DNA of 64,000 nt from Planctomycetota bacterium (GTDB taxonomy: Bacteria > Planctomycetota > Phycisphaerae > Phycisphaerales > Phycisphaeraceae). The stretch covers positions 18,664 to 82,663 of the forward strand of contig JAJRXX010000005.1 of assembly GCA_024276075.1 (NCBI GenBank), written 5' to 3'. Numbering within the stretch: the first letter of the stretch is position 1; each line of letters opens with the position of its first letter. The notes beneath the pieces were generated by a model, which was not told the origin of the DNA, ran no database searches, and saw only the letters and a list, made by a program, of their open reading frames with translations. The position numbers and the translations under genes were made by a program. Shown here piece after piece: positions 37,908 to 47,981 of this stretch.

Positions 37908-38012
37908 TAGAGCACCTTGCATAAATAATCGCCATGTCAGTTCTGGAGTAGGGCAGGTCATTGACCTGCCTTCTTCTTGGGGAGATGGAGAATAATTACA
38001 CAAGTTGCTCTA
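37908..38012 (-). mobile_element. MITE-like element, type B copy 2 (inverted relative to copy 1)
   Basis: 105 bp; the reverse complement of 10423-10527 differs at one position (ttacacaag vs ttacgcaag). Confidence 0.85.
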
Positions 38013-38112
38013 ATACGCATTGCGTATAGTTCTAGCGCGTTGTAAAGGATGTAAGTGATTGTCTGTTTTGCCTTCGCGTTCGCAAATGCCGCGCAAGTAT
38101 TAATCTTGATTG
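38013..38112 (-). repeat. A-module repeat copy 2 (100 bp, inverted), abutting B copy 2
   Basis: The reverse complement reads caatcaagattaatacttgcgcggcatttgcgaacgcgaaggcaaaacagacaatcacttacatcctttacaacgcgctagaactatacgcaatgcgtat; 3 mismatches to copy 4. Confidence 0.85.
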
Positions 38113-38202
38113 GTATAATACGGTTTCAGATTAATGGGTGCGTATTGAGGATCAACAAGAAGAAGCCCACACATTGCAATACGTGGGAACACCCCCTACT
38201 TA

Positions 38203-38226
38203 GCCACGGGTGATGACACCCGTGGC
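38203..38226 (-). terminator. perfect 10-bp hairpin downstream of the MCP gene (possible terminator, no U-run)
   Basis: gccacgggtg-atga-cacccgtggc, 66 nt past the MCP stop. Confidence 0.3.
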
Positions 38227-38291
38227 ATCCTGGCAGTAAAAATTCGCAACCCGCCGACCGCCCGGTACGCTGATCACTCAAAGATTCTGGC

Positions 38292-40262
38292 CTACCCCTC
38301 TTGTGAAAGCGGCTCGATGTTGAATCTGTTGACCAAGTCTCGAAGTGTTTCAGATTTCGATTCCAACTGTAATGTTAGAGAAGCCGCTACATCACTCAAT
38401 TCGGTCGTCTGACGGGTAAGATCAGCTACGGAAATAATGTTACTGCTGACCATCTCTGCCGCTTTAGCCTGCTCGTCAGTCGTAGCGGAAATAGCTTGAA
38501 CTAAAGCCTGCACACCCTCGGTACTGGAAACGATCTTTTTCAGGCTTTGGCCAGCCGCGGATGCACGGTCAAGGCCATTGGAAACCTGCTTCGTACCCTC
38601 AGCCATTCGGTCAACTGCTTGGGCGGTTTCTGTCTGAATGGCCTTGATTGACGTGGAAATCTCATCCGTAGCCTTGGTCGTACGATCTGCAAGTTTGCGG
38701 ACCTCGTCAGCCACAACCGCAAAACCGCGCCCAGCCTCACCGGCACGGGCAGCCTCAATGGCGGCATTCAACGCAAGCAAATTCGTCTGATCCGCGATGT
38801 CATTTATCACACCTATGATCTGACCAATCTGTTCTCCGCGTTCACCCAATTCGGTTACCGCGGCGGAGGTTGTGGTTACAGCCTCACTGATATCCTCCAT
38901 GCCCCGAATCGTTTGCTCCACCACTTCGCCACCTTCCTTAGCCATACTCCCAGATTGGCTGGATTGGGCAGCGGTCTCTTCAGACTTGCGAGCAATCTCG
39001 ACGACTGAACAAGACAACTGTTCCATTGCCGAGGAGATCGAATCTACTTGCCCACTCTGCGAGTTCATATTGGTAGCGATTTCACCATTCGAGGTGGCGA
39101 TATGCTTCGACGCATCGCTAACCTCATGTGCCGCTTTGTTTATCTCGGAAACGATCCCGCCTAACGCAGACCCCATTTCATTGATTGATGCGGTTAGCTG
39201 CCCAAGCTCGTTGCGAGTCGTAACTGGCAGCGGCGACCCCGATAAGTCGCCCCCGGCTATGGCCTGGGCCCGCTCGGCGACAGCCAAAATCGGTTTGGTA
39301 AACCGGCTGCTGACGTAAAGTGAAACCGCAATCAATATCACCGCAACGACACCCGTGATGGCGACTGCCGCATAGGTGGCTCTGGCGACAGGGGCAAAGA
39401 CTTCGCTCCTATCGATTTCCACACACAGCACCCACGGGTATTCATCCTGATGCAGATACATACCCAGAACAGGAGTACCGAGGTGATCTACAAATTCACC
39501 GACGACGTGGTGCTCCTCGATAGCCTGAAAGATACCCGAGTGTTCCAACGGGGGCTCCTGTTCGTCCTTCCCATTGACAATCTTTTGTCCATCCATCGTG
39601 ACCATGAAAATCTTGCCGGACTCTCCTAGCTCGACGTTGCTGGCCAGCAGTTCCATTTGATGGGCAATCACGACCTCGACGATGACAACACCGACGACAG
39701 TCTGACCGCCTGCGTCTTTGATCGGCTCCATATAAAGCTGATGGAAATGAGTCTTTTCGGAGAATCCAAAAAAGTCCGTGACCACCGATTGCCCCTGCAA
39801 GGCCGTCTTGATCCCAGGATGCTCGACCTCGTCGCCCAGGTGCGAGCCTTTTGAATCGCCATGCGGAGGGCTCAACACAACGCGCCCGTCAGTATCCGTG
39901 ATGAAGACATGGTGCAGCTTACCCCATGACGCTTCCTGATAGTTTCGGATGACGTGAAGCGCGTGTTGGTAGTTCTCTGACTCAGACCATTCATCGTGGG
40001 TTTCGCTCTCCCCCGCTTTGTACTGCACCAAGCCATTGATGAGGTAATCATTATTCGCCAAAGCCTTGCAGCCTTCCGCAATCGTAGTCAAGCTTCGATG
40101 CAGCGTGTCTTGTTTAACATTCGCAATCGCATCAAATCGCTCGAAGATGTCGCTCCTGACCTGATGACGCGTATTGATTACAAAGTATGTAGAGAGTGCG
40201 ATTAGAGGTATCACGCTCGACAAAATAAACATCGCAATATATTGAGACCTGATAGATTTCAC
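38292..40262 (-). CDS. methyl-accepting chemotaxis protein (Cache-type periplasmic sensor, HAMP, MA domain)
   Basis: Two TM helices flank a sensor of about 270 aa. HAMP region (IAGGDLSG). Highly conserved signalling hairpin [32 protein letters not shown]. Confidence 0.9.
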   Translation of the reverse strand: MKSIRSQYIAMFILSSVIPLIALSTYFVINTRHQVRSDIFERFDAIANVKQDTLHRSLTTIAEGCKALANNDYLINGLVQYKAGESETHDEWSESENYQHALHVIRNYQEASWGKLHHVFITDTDGRVVLSPPHGDSKGSHLGDEVEHPGIKTALQGQSVVTDFFGFSEKTHFHQLYMEPIKDAGGQTVVGVVIVEVVIAHQMELLASNVELGESGKIFMVTMDGQKIVNGKDEQEPPLEHSGIFQAIEEHHVVGEFVDHLGTPVLGMYLHQDEYPWVLCVEIDRSEVFAPVARATYAAVAITGVVAVILIAVSLYVSSRFTKPILAVAERAQAIAGGDLSGSPLPVTTRNELGQLTASINEMGSALGGIVSEINKAAHEVSDASKHIATSNGEIATNMNSQSGQVDSISSAMEQLSCSVVEIARKSEETAAQSSQSGSMAKEGGEVVEQTIRGMEDISEAVTTTSAAVTELGERGEQIGQIIGVINDIADQTNLLALNAAIEAARAGEAGRGFAVVADEVRKLADRTTKATDEISTSIKAIQTETAQAVDRMAEGTKQVSNGLDRASAAGQSLKKIVSSTEGVQALVQAISATTDEQAKAAEMVSSNIISVADLTRQTTELSDVAASLTLQLESKSETLRDLVNRFNIEPLSQEG

Positions 40263-40578
40263 GGCCGTACACCTTTATGTTTATTGGACCACCGTTGTCG
40301 ACAGGACTCCACACCCCCTACATTTCATTTGCGACACGGAGTCTTAATATTTATCGGTGAGGCTCGAATAAGACTAAAGGGGTAATAACCAGCCCTTCCC
40401 CCCATGGCTGCCCCCTTTGTCCGCTGCGCCGGATGTCTTCGCTAGCTCAAACCTCTTCGGGATAATAAAAACATTCGGGGTGACCCATCGGTAGGGTTTA
40501 GGAGTCCGGTAATTGGCCACACGGATGGAGGACCGACCGCCCTGGACGAGACCCGGAGCTACGAAACATCCGAGTCAA

Positions 40579-40651
40579 AGCGGGCGACCGGGGTCGAACC
40601 GGCAACATTCAGCTTGGAAGGCTGACACTCTACCAATTGAGTTACGCCCGC
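40579..40651 (-). tRNA. tRNA-Gly (anticodon UCC)
   Basis: The reverse complement gcgggcg-ta-actcaattggtagagt-g-tcagccTTCCAAgctga-atgtt-gccggttcgaccccggt-cgcccgc-t folds as a 73-nt cloverleaf. Confidence 0.9.
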
Positions 40652-40818
40652 AGCGGGAGTGGTCTAGAGCCAAATTGTCCCTGCTACGCCATCGGTGTCA
40701 ACGCGGATTCGCACAACTACGTAAAAAGTAGACATATAGGAAAGGCTGCGGCGGTTTGGGTTGGCATCGGGCGAGGGTTGCCTAAAATATGGGCTCCATT
40801 GACTATTGAAGGTGTATT

Positions 40819-41568
40819 ATGGCTGGTCACAGCAAATGGGCGAACATCAAGCACAAAAAGGCCCGCAACGACGCCAAGCGCGGCAAGATGTGGAGCAAGT
40901 GCGCCCGAGCGATCATCGTGGCAGCGAAAAACGGCGGCGGGGACCCAGCCACGAACCTGACGCTGCGCTACGCGGTTGACGACGCCAAAGCCCAGAACAT
41001 GCCCAAAGACACGATCGCCAACGCGATCAAGAAAGGTTCCGGGGAACTCGCCGCCCAGCAATACGAGAGCGTCATCTACGAGGGTTACGGGCCCAACGGC
41101 GTGGCGATCTTGCTAGAGACCCTCACCGATAATCGCAACCGAACGGTACCCGAGATCAAACGTATTTTTGAGAAATACGGCGGCAACCTTGGCACGTCCG
41201 GATGCGTGTCTTATATCTTCCAGACACACGGCGAGGTCTTTGTCACCAAGTCCCAAGCCGACGAAGACAAACTCATGACGATCGTCCTTGAAGCGGGTGC
41301 TCAGGACGTCATCGACAGCGACGACTCGTGGCAAGTGCTGTGCGAGCCTGGCGGATTGCTGGCGGTGCGCAATGCCGTCGGGGAGGCAGACATCAGCATC
41401 GAGTCTTCCGGGTTAACCATGATCCCAAACACGACGGTAGCGTGCGCCGGTGACGATGCGAGGAAGGTGTTGGTCCTCATGGAGGCATTGGAGGATCACG
41501 ACGACGTGCAGAAGGTCCACGCCAACTTTGAGATTCCAGACGAAGAAATTGCGGCGCTAAGCGAGTGA
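40819..41568 (+). CDS. yebC: YebC/PmpR-family DNA-binding transcriptional regulator
   Basis: MAGHSKWANIKHKKARNDAKRGK N-terminus is diagnostic; 249 aa. Confidence 0.9.
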   Translation: MAGHSKWANIKHKKARNDAKRGKMWSKCARAIIVAAKNGGGDPATNLTLRYAVDDAKAQNMPKDTIANAIKKGSGELAAQQYESVIYEGYGPNGVAILLETLTDNRNRTVPEIKRIFEKYGGNLGTSGCVSYIFQTHGEVFVTKSQADEDKLMTIVLEAGAQDVIDSDDSWQVLCEPGGLLAVRNAVGEADISIESSGLTMIPNTTVACAGDDARKVLVLMEALEDHDDVQKVHANFEIPDEEIAALSE

Positions 41569-41623
41569 TTGCGTTGGGGGAGAAAGAGGGGAGACAGGCG
41601 TCGCGTCTACTGATTCGTATGCT

Positions 41624-41908
41624 ATGGTTCGCTTCACCGTTCACTTCTGCGGTCAGGTCCAGGGCGTTGGGTTTCGCTACACCACAGCCCAGATCGCCTG
41701 CCAACACAGCGTATCGGGATACGTGCGGAACCTGCCAGACGGCCGAGTCCTATTGGTAGCCGAAGGGGAACGCGATCAGACAAAGGCCTTTGTGAACGAA
41801 GTCGTCACAACGATGGATGCGTTTATTAATGACTGCTCAACCGACGAAAGTACTGCGACGGGTGAGTTCGGCACACCGGGCACCGATCGCTTTAGCATCC
41901 GCTATTGA
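41624..41908 (+). CDS. acyP: acylphosphatase
   Basis: VHFCGQVQGVGFRYTT and GYVRNLPDGRV motifs; 94 aa. Confidence 0.85.
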   Translation: MVRFTVHFCGQVQGVGFRYTTAQIACQHSVSGYVRNLPDGRVLLVAEGERDQTKAFVNEVVTTMDAFINDCSTDESTATGEFGTPGTDRFSIRY

Positions 41909-41919
41909 TAAGTCTAACG

Positions 41920-43413
41920 TTAGGCAGCCGGATTGGCTGAGGTGCTGCGGCCCTTGTCATGTGAGCGCGTATGGCGATCAAGTATTGATAAGAGCAACGA
42001 TTTTTTAACCGGTTTCGTCACAAAAACATCGCAGCCCGCGTCGAGGCAATTCTGGCGATCCTCTTCCAATGCATGAGCTGTCAAAGCAATAATCGGGTGG
42101 GTGTACCCTGCTTTCCGCAGCAGCCGCGTCGCTTCGTAGCCGTCCATCACGGGCATCTGCATATCCATGAGGATGGCATCAAACGGATTGCCTTCGCGCA
42201 TGGCCGCTTGCGCCTTATCCACAGCGTGGCGACCGTCACTAGCGAGTTCCACCTCAGCGCCAGCTCTTCGTAATACAAATGCTAAGAGACGTTGTATACC
42301 CGTGTCGTCTTCAGCGATGAGAATACGCCGTGTAAGCGACACGTCAGGCTGCGGCTGAATGTCCGGTTGGCTTATCTGGCCTACGGTCTGCTGAGCACCA
42401 TCGACCATATCCACCCCATCGAGCGGACCGGTCTCGATCGTCACGAAAAACGAGCTGCCTACACCCTGCTTACTCGATAGGGTGATATCGCCCCCAAGCA
42501 TCTCCGCAAGCCGTTTAGATATTCTCAGCCCTAGACCGCTGCTCCCCTGATGCCCCGTGTTGCCCGTGGCGGCGCCAAATGGCCGAAAAAGATGCTTCTG
42601 CTGCTTTTCGGATAGCCCAATCCCGGTATCCGTCACTTCAACACAGAGATGGGCGTGTTTATCCGACGATGCAGCCATGAGCTTTGTGACTATCTTGACG
42701 CCCCCCGTCTCGGTGTGTCGAACCGCGTTGTCAACCAAGTTGTACAACACCCGGCGCATCAGATCAGGGTCGGTGCGGATGACACTGGGGATCGGGCCTG
42801 TGAATTCGCTTTCCAGCTTGATACCTTTTTCTACTGCCGCGTTATGCAAATCATCCACTACACCCGCAACGACGCCGATCGCCGAACAAGGCTTTGCCTC
42901 GACCATGACCTTTGCAGATTCGAGTTTGGATATGTTCGTGACGTCATCAATGAGCAGCATCAGGTGTTCGCCGTTTTCATAGATCGTCTTCATGACATGA
43001 TCTTGATCGAGTGCAGCATCACCGTCACCACTTCCGTGCAGCATCAACTCCGTGTAACCGAGGATAGTCATCATGCGTGCACGAACCTCGTGGCTGAGGC
43101 TCGCGATAAATTCATGCTTCGCCTGAACCGCGCTGCTTGCCTTCCCACGCGCCTGCTCAAACTCTCGCACAAATTGGGTAACTTGCCCGTACGCGCTGTA
43201 CAGGAGAATCCCCGCCGCAACAACAACAGCCAGGATCACAAACGTGTTTGATTTGAAGTTGGCTTCAAAGTCCCCCCCGTCCACGTAGACAAGAACCGCG
43301 GTGAGCCCGATCACGCTCAACAGCAGTACAGCCATCCAGGCAGTGGGTTTCAGTAATTTTGTACGAAGATTCATGATGAAAAACGGGATGTAAAAAACAG
43401 CCCCCGTTGCCAT
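41920..43413 (-). CDS. hybrid sensor histidine kinase/response regulator
   Basis: 2 N-terminal TM helices, H-box FIASLSHEVRARM, HATPase N/G boxes (DNAVRHT, DTGIGL, GSSGLGL), C-terminal REC (ILIAEDD...DMQMPVMDG...ALTAHA). Confidence 0.9.
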   Translation of the reverse strand: MATGAVFYIPFFIMNLRTKLLKPTAWMAVLLLSVIGLTAVLVYVDGGDFEANFKSNTFVILAVVVAAGILLYSAYGQVTQFVREFEQARGKASSAVQAKHEFIASLSHEVRARMMTILGYTELMLHGSGDGDAALDQDHVMKTIYENGEHLMLLIDDVTNISKLESAKVMVEAKPCSAIGVVAGVVDDLHNAAVEKGIKLESEFTGPIPSVIRTDPDLMRRVLYNLVDNAVRHTETGGVKIVTKLMAASSDKHAHLCVEVTDTGIGLSEKQQKHLFRPFGAATGNTGHQGSSGLGLRISKRLAEMLGGDITLSSKQGVGSSFFVTIETGPLDGVDMVDGAQQTVGQISQPDIQPQPDVSLTRRILIAEDDTGIQRLLAFVLRRAGAEVELASDGRHAVDKAQAAMREGNPFDAILMDMQMPVMDGYEATRLLRKAGYTHPIIALTAHALEEDRQNCLDAGCDVFVTKPVKKSLLLSILDRHTRSHDKGRSTSANPAA

Positions 43414-43673
43414 ACAGGCCTAGATATTCGTATCGGTAGGTTTCTTAAGACGCTTGATGCACACAGTTGTGCACCAGCGTAATGCTCTGTAATTACTACA
43501 AAATGCTTAACCTCAAGACGTAGCCCATAGCCGACCAGGCAGCCCCGTAAAACAGCAACACATAGGCATCAGCCGTGACGCGGCGTGCCTTGGTTGTGGG
43601 CTCGATGGGGTCTGCTAGAATTAGGCCGGAAAATCAATATTACCGGACTGTTTGCAACCACAAACAATGCTCT

Positions 43674-43764
43674 GGAGAGGTGGCCGAGCGGCTGAAGGCA
43701 ACGGTTTGCTAAACCGTCGTAGGGGGTATTCCTCTTACCGCGGGTTCGAATCCCGCCCTCTCCG
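43674..43764 (+). tRNA. tRNA-Ser (anticodon GCU)
   Basis: ggagagg...cctctccg acceptor, anticodon loop ttGCTaa, long variable arm, T-loop gttcgaatc; 91 nt. Confidence 0.9.
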
Positions 43765-44031
43765 TTTTTCGATATGTGATCTTTTCACGTCAACACAGGC
43801 GCCCTGGTGAATCGATCAACAGCTTTACTTAATTGACAATGTGCTGCAAACGCATAGCGATCGTACCACTCGACGACAGATCAAGTGCAACAGGCTGATT
43901 CCTATCCCCTTTTCGACAGGCGAATCCGTCACGCTACATTTGAACGGCCTTGTAGAAAACAATCCAATATCAGTAGCGTGGAGGCCATCGAAAAAAAAAC
44001 ATGAAAACACGAGGCGACGCACACCTAATAT

Positions 44032-44131
44032 CAATCAAGATTAATACTTGCGCGGCATCTGCGAACGCGAAGGCTAAACAGACAATCACTTACATCCTTT
44101 ACAACGCGATAAAACTATACGCAATGCGTAT
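44032..44131 (+). repeat. A-module repeat copy 3 (100 bp)
   Basis: caatcaagattaatacttgcgcggcatctgcgaacgcgaaggctaaacagacaatcacttacatcctttacaacgcgataaaactatacgcaatgcgtat; 3 mismatches to copy 4. Confidence 0.85.
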
Positions 44132-44235
44132 AAGCTTGCGTTGTGGCAGCGGGCTACCGTGAAAAAACCGAATTGATAAAAATAGTTGGGAATTGACGGA
44201 TAAAAGTCTTCACGCAGCCCGCGGCTGGCGGTACC

Positions 44236-44931
44236 ATGACAAGCAGTGAATCTTTGCCGGTGTTGGCGGAGATTTATGGGAAACGTCAGTTTTTCAGTGT
44301 CCAGGCAACAACGGGTGAGTGTGTTATGGGTTGGGTATTAACTGCGGATGATCTTGTGATAGAAATCCCCGACGCGACTGGTGCAATTGGAACAGAAGTA
44401 TTACACGGCGGCACGGTTCCCGGTATTCTCGTGGGGCTTGGCGCTGGCCCAACACCAACTCCGGCGCAGGACATGGCCGCTGCGGTTCCAAACAAACAGG
44501 AACTTCAAGTGTTAATTCGAAACGCCAGTAGACTCGGAGGCGTACTTTCCAGGCACCGGAATTTCAATAGCCATTTCAATTCGCATAAGAAACTTCTGGA
44601 AAATGCATTGAATACAAGCTATTCCCATGATCGTGCTGGCGAGGACGCATTCTTGCAAGACTTGGGAAAACTCATTGCCTACAAAAAACTTACTCCGGTT
44701 GGCATCGTAACACTCGGTAAAAACCAACGCATGGCATTCGCGTACCAAGGTTTTGTCAACACAACGCCATTGACCGCAGTAGTGTTTCCCTCGGGTGAAT
44801 GGAACACGCTGTTGATGTCATACAAAGGCAAGGCATCTGGCTTTTTCTACCAAATGAAATTCGCCGGCAATTTCCCGTTTCCATTTATGTCACTCAATGC
44901 GAGTGGTGGTTTTAATCGTCAATTCTTGTAA
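44236..44931 (+). CDS. orphan hypothetical protein (231 aa) in a low-G+C spacer
   Basis: Only long ORF between the two direct A repeats. No signal peptide and no recognised motif. Composition is visibly A+T-richer than the neighbouring genes. Confidence 0.55.
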   Translation: MTSSESLPVLAEIYGKRQFFSVQATTGECVMGWVLTADDLVIEIPDATGAIGTEVLHGGTVPGILVGLGAGPTPTPAQDMAAAVPNKQELQVLIRNASRLGGVLSRHRNFNSHFNSHKKLLENALNTSYSHDRAGEDAFLQDLGKLIAYKKLTPVGIVTLGKNQRMAFAYQGFVNTTPLTAVVFPSGEWNTLLMSYKGKASGFFYQMKFAGNFPFPFMSLNASGGFNRQFL

Positions 44932-45098
44932 TGGGACGATTGAGGTTCGCGCCTGTAGAAACTGTGACAGACACGGATGCCCACTATCGAAAGGGAAACC
45001 CCATATCTCGTCAAAGCGAGCAGAAGCGATGCACACGGGCCTCCAACAACTTCTGCATTTTGATGATACAGGGCTGGCCACATCGATAGGTGTCGTAC

Positions 45099-45198
45099 CA
45101 ATCAAGATTAATACTTGCGCGGCATCTGCGAACGCGAAGGCAAAACAGACAATAACTTACATCCTTTACAACGCGATAGAACTATACGCAATGCGTAT
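45099..45198 (+). repeat. A-module repeat copy 4 (100 bp)
   Basis: Direct repeat of 44032-44131, same orientation, 3 mismatches counted by eye. Confidence 0.85.
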
Positions 45199-45487
45199 CA
45201 CACCTAAAATAATCTCGTCGGTTCGATAGACGCGGGTTCTGACCAGAAGCTTACCGAGTCTGCCGAACGATGCTTGTCGACAGTTGATACGTTTAATTCA
45301 ATAGCCGCGCGGATGGGCTGACATTGTCGTAATATGTGAATAAGGTCAACGTGGCTTTTTTCCGATGCCTTAATCGTGGTTTCGTTCTTTGTTTTAGGTA
45401 TTTAGCGTGGACAGGCGTGCAAAGATGTGATCGCGTGTTTAAAGTCAATTTTATAGATTCGCGTTACCCGTGATAATAGTGACTGTT

Positions 45488-45561
<74 letters not shown>

Positions 45562-45628
45562 TTCTCAGACGATTGGCGTTGGGGCAAGCTCATCGTCAAA
45601 CATTCACAACAAGAAAAGAACACCCGCT

Positions 45629-47899
45629 GTGCAACGTTTATTGAAAGTGGCCATTGGAGCTTCCGGCGGTGTGCTGATCGCCTGGGCGTTCATGACGATA
45701 CGATTCCGCGACGTCGAGGGGTTTCTCGATGGGCGTTTTTGCTTACCGCTGACTGCGGGTATCTCGGTGATCGTTTTGGCAGCGGCGATAGGCACAAGGT
45801 GGCTGCACGCGGCGCTCTGGTTGGTGGTGTGTGCTTTGGGGCAAGCAATCTCACTACAGATGATCGATGCGGGTAATCGCATCCACTACCAGCACTACAT
45901 CCCTATCACCGAATTAATCGACAACGGGCAATGGCCTCTCCTGGCAATGCTAGGTGCTCAACTGCTGATCGTGTCAGCGGGTCTGTGGCGTGGCCGACAC
46001 GAAATCCGCGCCTCGCTGGGGTGTGCGTTTAAACCGTGGCAGATCGTGGCCATCGCATGCGCTTTCTATGCTTTCAACGCAGCACCTTCCCGCGATGCCC
46101 CGTTCTACGCCTACGAACTGGTCTTCGCCGGGCTGATCCAAACGGTAAACCTGGGCGCCTTGCTGCTGCTGGCGATGGCGCTGCCGGACCGAGCCCTCGA
46201 TCGGCTAAAGGGATGGTTCGATACATCCGACGAGTCGCACACGACAGAGGCGCCCGCCCAAGTGCCGCCCAGACGCGGCATCAGCATCTCGCTGCTGGTC
46301 GCCGCCGCTTGTGTCACTGCTGTCACCGCTTTCTTAAGCGTCGTGTCATACCAGTGCCACCCACACCTGCAAGATGAGGTCGGATACTTTTACCACGCAA
46401 AGTACTTCGCCGCTGGTCTTGTCGCATTGCCGCCACCACCAACGCCCAAAAGTTTCGAAATCTATCTCATGGCCCTCGACGGGGGACACTGGTACTCCAT
46501 TTTTCCACCCGGTTGGCCCGCTGCGTTGGCGGTGGGGTTCTGGATCGGCGTGCCCTGGCTGATTAACCCTATCCTCGCAGGGGTAAACGTCGTGCTGGTC
46601 TATCTGCTGGCACGTGACCTGTACGACCGCGCTACAGCACGGCTGGTTACCTGCTTATTTTGTAGCTCGCCCTGGTTTGTGTTCATGGGCATGAGCTTTA
46701 TGTCCCACACGCTTGCGCTGGCGTGTGTGCTGGCCGCTTGCCTCGCTGTCTCACGTGCCAGAAAAACGAAACGTGCACGGTGGGCTGCGATCGGCGGCGC
46801 TGTGATGGGCGTCATCTTCCTGATCAGACCACTCGACGGGGCTCTCGTCTCGGTGCTGGTGGGCTTATGGGCGATCGGCGTCGGTGCGCGCGCCCTGAAA
46901 CTCAACGCTACCGCGGCGCTCGTTCTGGCCACCGCAGCGGTAGCCAGCCTCCACCTGATATACAACCACCAACTCACCGGCAACCCAGCGTCATTTCCAC
47001 TCGAAACCTACTATGAGCAAAACTTCGGACCAGGCACAAACGCATTAGGATTCGGGCCCGAACGCGGGCTGGGATGGGGGCTCGACCCCTACCCGGGGCA
47101 CAGCCCATTAGACGCCGCGATCAACGCCGTCCTCAATTTATCTTCGATCAGTACCGAGTTGCACGGCTGGGGCATCGGATCGCTGCTGTTCGTGGCGGTG
47201 ATCGTCTTCTCACGGGCAATGCACCGAACGGATCGTCTCATGCTAGGCGTCATCGCAGCATTCATGGCCACGTATTCGTTGTATTGGTTTAGTGGCGGTC
47301 CCGACTTTGGCGCACGCTACTGGTATCTCGCAATCTTTCCGCTCGTGTGCCTGACCGCACGCGGGGTCCAGCACCTGGGCAACGTCTTAAACGCCCCTGC
47401 GACACCTTCCTCTCGAGCTGGCGGGCGCGTCGTGGCAGTTGTCATAGCCCTGATGGCGTTGACCTTGATCAATTATTTCCCTTGGCGCGCAATCGATAAA
47501 TACCATCACTATCTAAACATGAGACCCGATATCCCGAAGCTGGCCGCCCAGCACCAGTTCGGCAGGAGCCTCGTGCTCATACGGGGAGCAGAGCACCCCG
47601 ACTTCGCTTCCGCATTTGCATACAACCCCATCAACCTACGCGCCGACGCGCCCGTCTACGCCTTCGCAAATGACCCACACACGCAATCACAAGTCCTAAC
47701 CGCATACCGCGACCGGCCCATCTGGGTCGTCGATGGCCCAACGCTCACCGGCAAAGGATTTGAGGTCGTCGCTGGCCCACTGTCAGCCGATGCGATGCTT
47801 GCCCAACCACCCCTGATCGATGACGCCATAACACCGCTTGATTCGCAAGACACGTCCAAATCCCTGATTCCCGCGCACAAAAAAACCGGCGGGGGTTAA
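45629..47899 (+). CDS. GT-C-fold membrane glycosyltransferase (ArnT/PMT-like) with an extended N-terminal membrane region
   Basis: 756 aa with more than 12 predicted TM helices. DEVGYFYHAKYF...WPAALAVGFWIGVPWLINPILAGVNVVLVYLLARDLY resembles the ArnT/GT39/GT83 loop-1 region. GTG start. Confidence 0.6.
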   Translation: MQRLLKVAIGASGGVLIAWAFMTIRFRDVEGFLDGRFCLPLTAGISVIVLAAAIGTRWLHAALWLVVCALGQAISLQMIDAGNRIHYQHYIPITELIDNGQWPLLAMLGAQLLIVSAGLWRGRHEIRASLGCAFKPWQIVAIACAFYAFNAAPSRDAPFYAYELVFAGLIQTVNLGALLLLAMALPDRALDRLKGWFDTSDESHTTEAPAQVPPRRGISISLLVAAACVTAVTAFLSVVSYQCHPHLQDEVGYFYHAKYFAAGLVALPPPPTPKSFEIYLMALDGGHWYSIFPPGWPAALAVGFWIGVPWLINPILAGVNVVLVYLLARDLYDRATARLVTCLFCSSPWFVFMGMSFMSHTLALACVLAACLAVSRARKTKRARWAAIGGAVMGVIFLIRPLDGALVSVLVGLWAIGVGARALKLNATAALVLATAAVASLHLIYNHQLTGNPASFPLETYYEQNFGPGTNALGFGPERGLGWGLDPYPGHSPLDAAINAVLNLSSISTELHGWGIGSLLFVAVIVFSRAMHRTDRLMLGVIAAFMATYSLYWFSGGPDFGARYWYLAIFPLVCLTARGVQHLGNVLNAPATPSSRAGGRVVAVVIALMALTLINYFPWRAIDKYHHYLNMRPDIPKLAAQHQFGRSLVLIRGAEHPDFASAFAYNPINLRADAPVYAFANDPHTQSQVLTAYRDRPIWVVDGPTLTGKGFEVVAGPLSADAMLAQPPLIDDAITPLDSQDTSKSLIPAHKKTGGG

Positions 47900-47981
47900 C
47901 CCACCGGCCTTGAAGGTGCCTTAATTATTTGACGGAAGGCCTTCGTGTCCCCCCGGATCAAATCAACGGATGCTCTGTCAG

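Noticed and set aside
43825-44044. Overlapping 67- and 69-aa ORFs on opposite strands just after tRNA-Ser(GCU).
   Set aside because: They mutually overlap, run into the A repeat, have no motifs and lie in A+T-rich spacer. There is no basis to call either one.
44897-45229. 110-aa ORF downstream of the orphan gene, considered as a possible immunity or partner gene.
   Set aside because: Its C-terminal half is simply the translation of the A-module repeat (PIKINTCAASANAKAKQTITY), the same peptide that appears in ORF 16982..17437. It is an artefact of the repeat.
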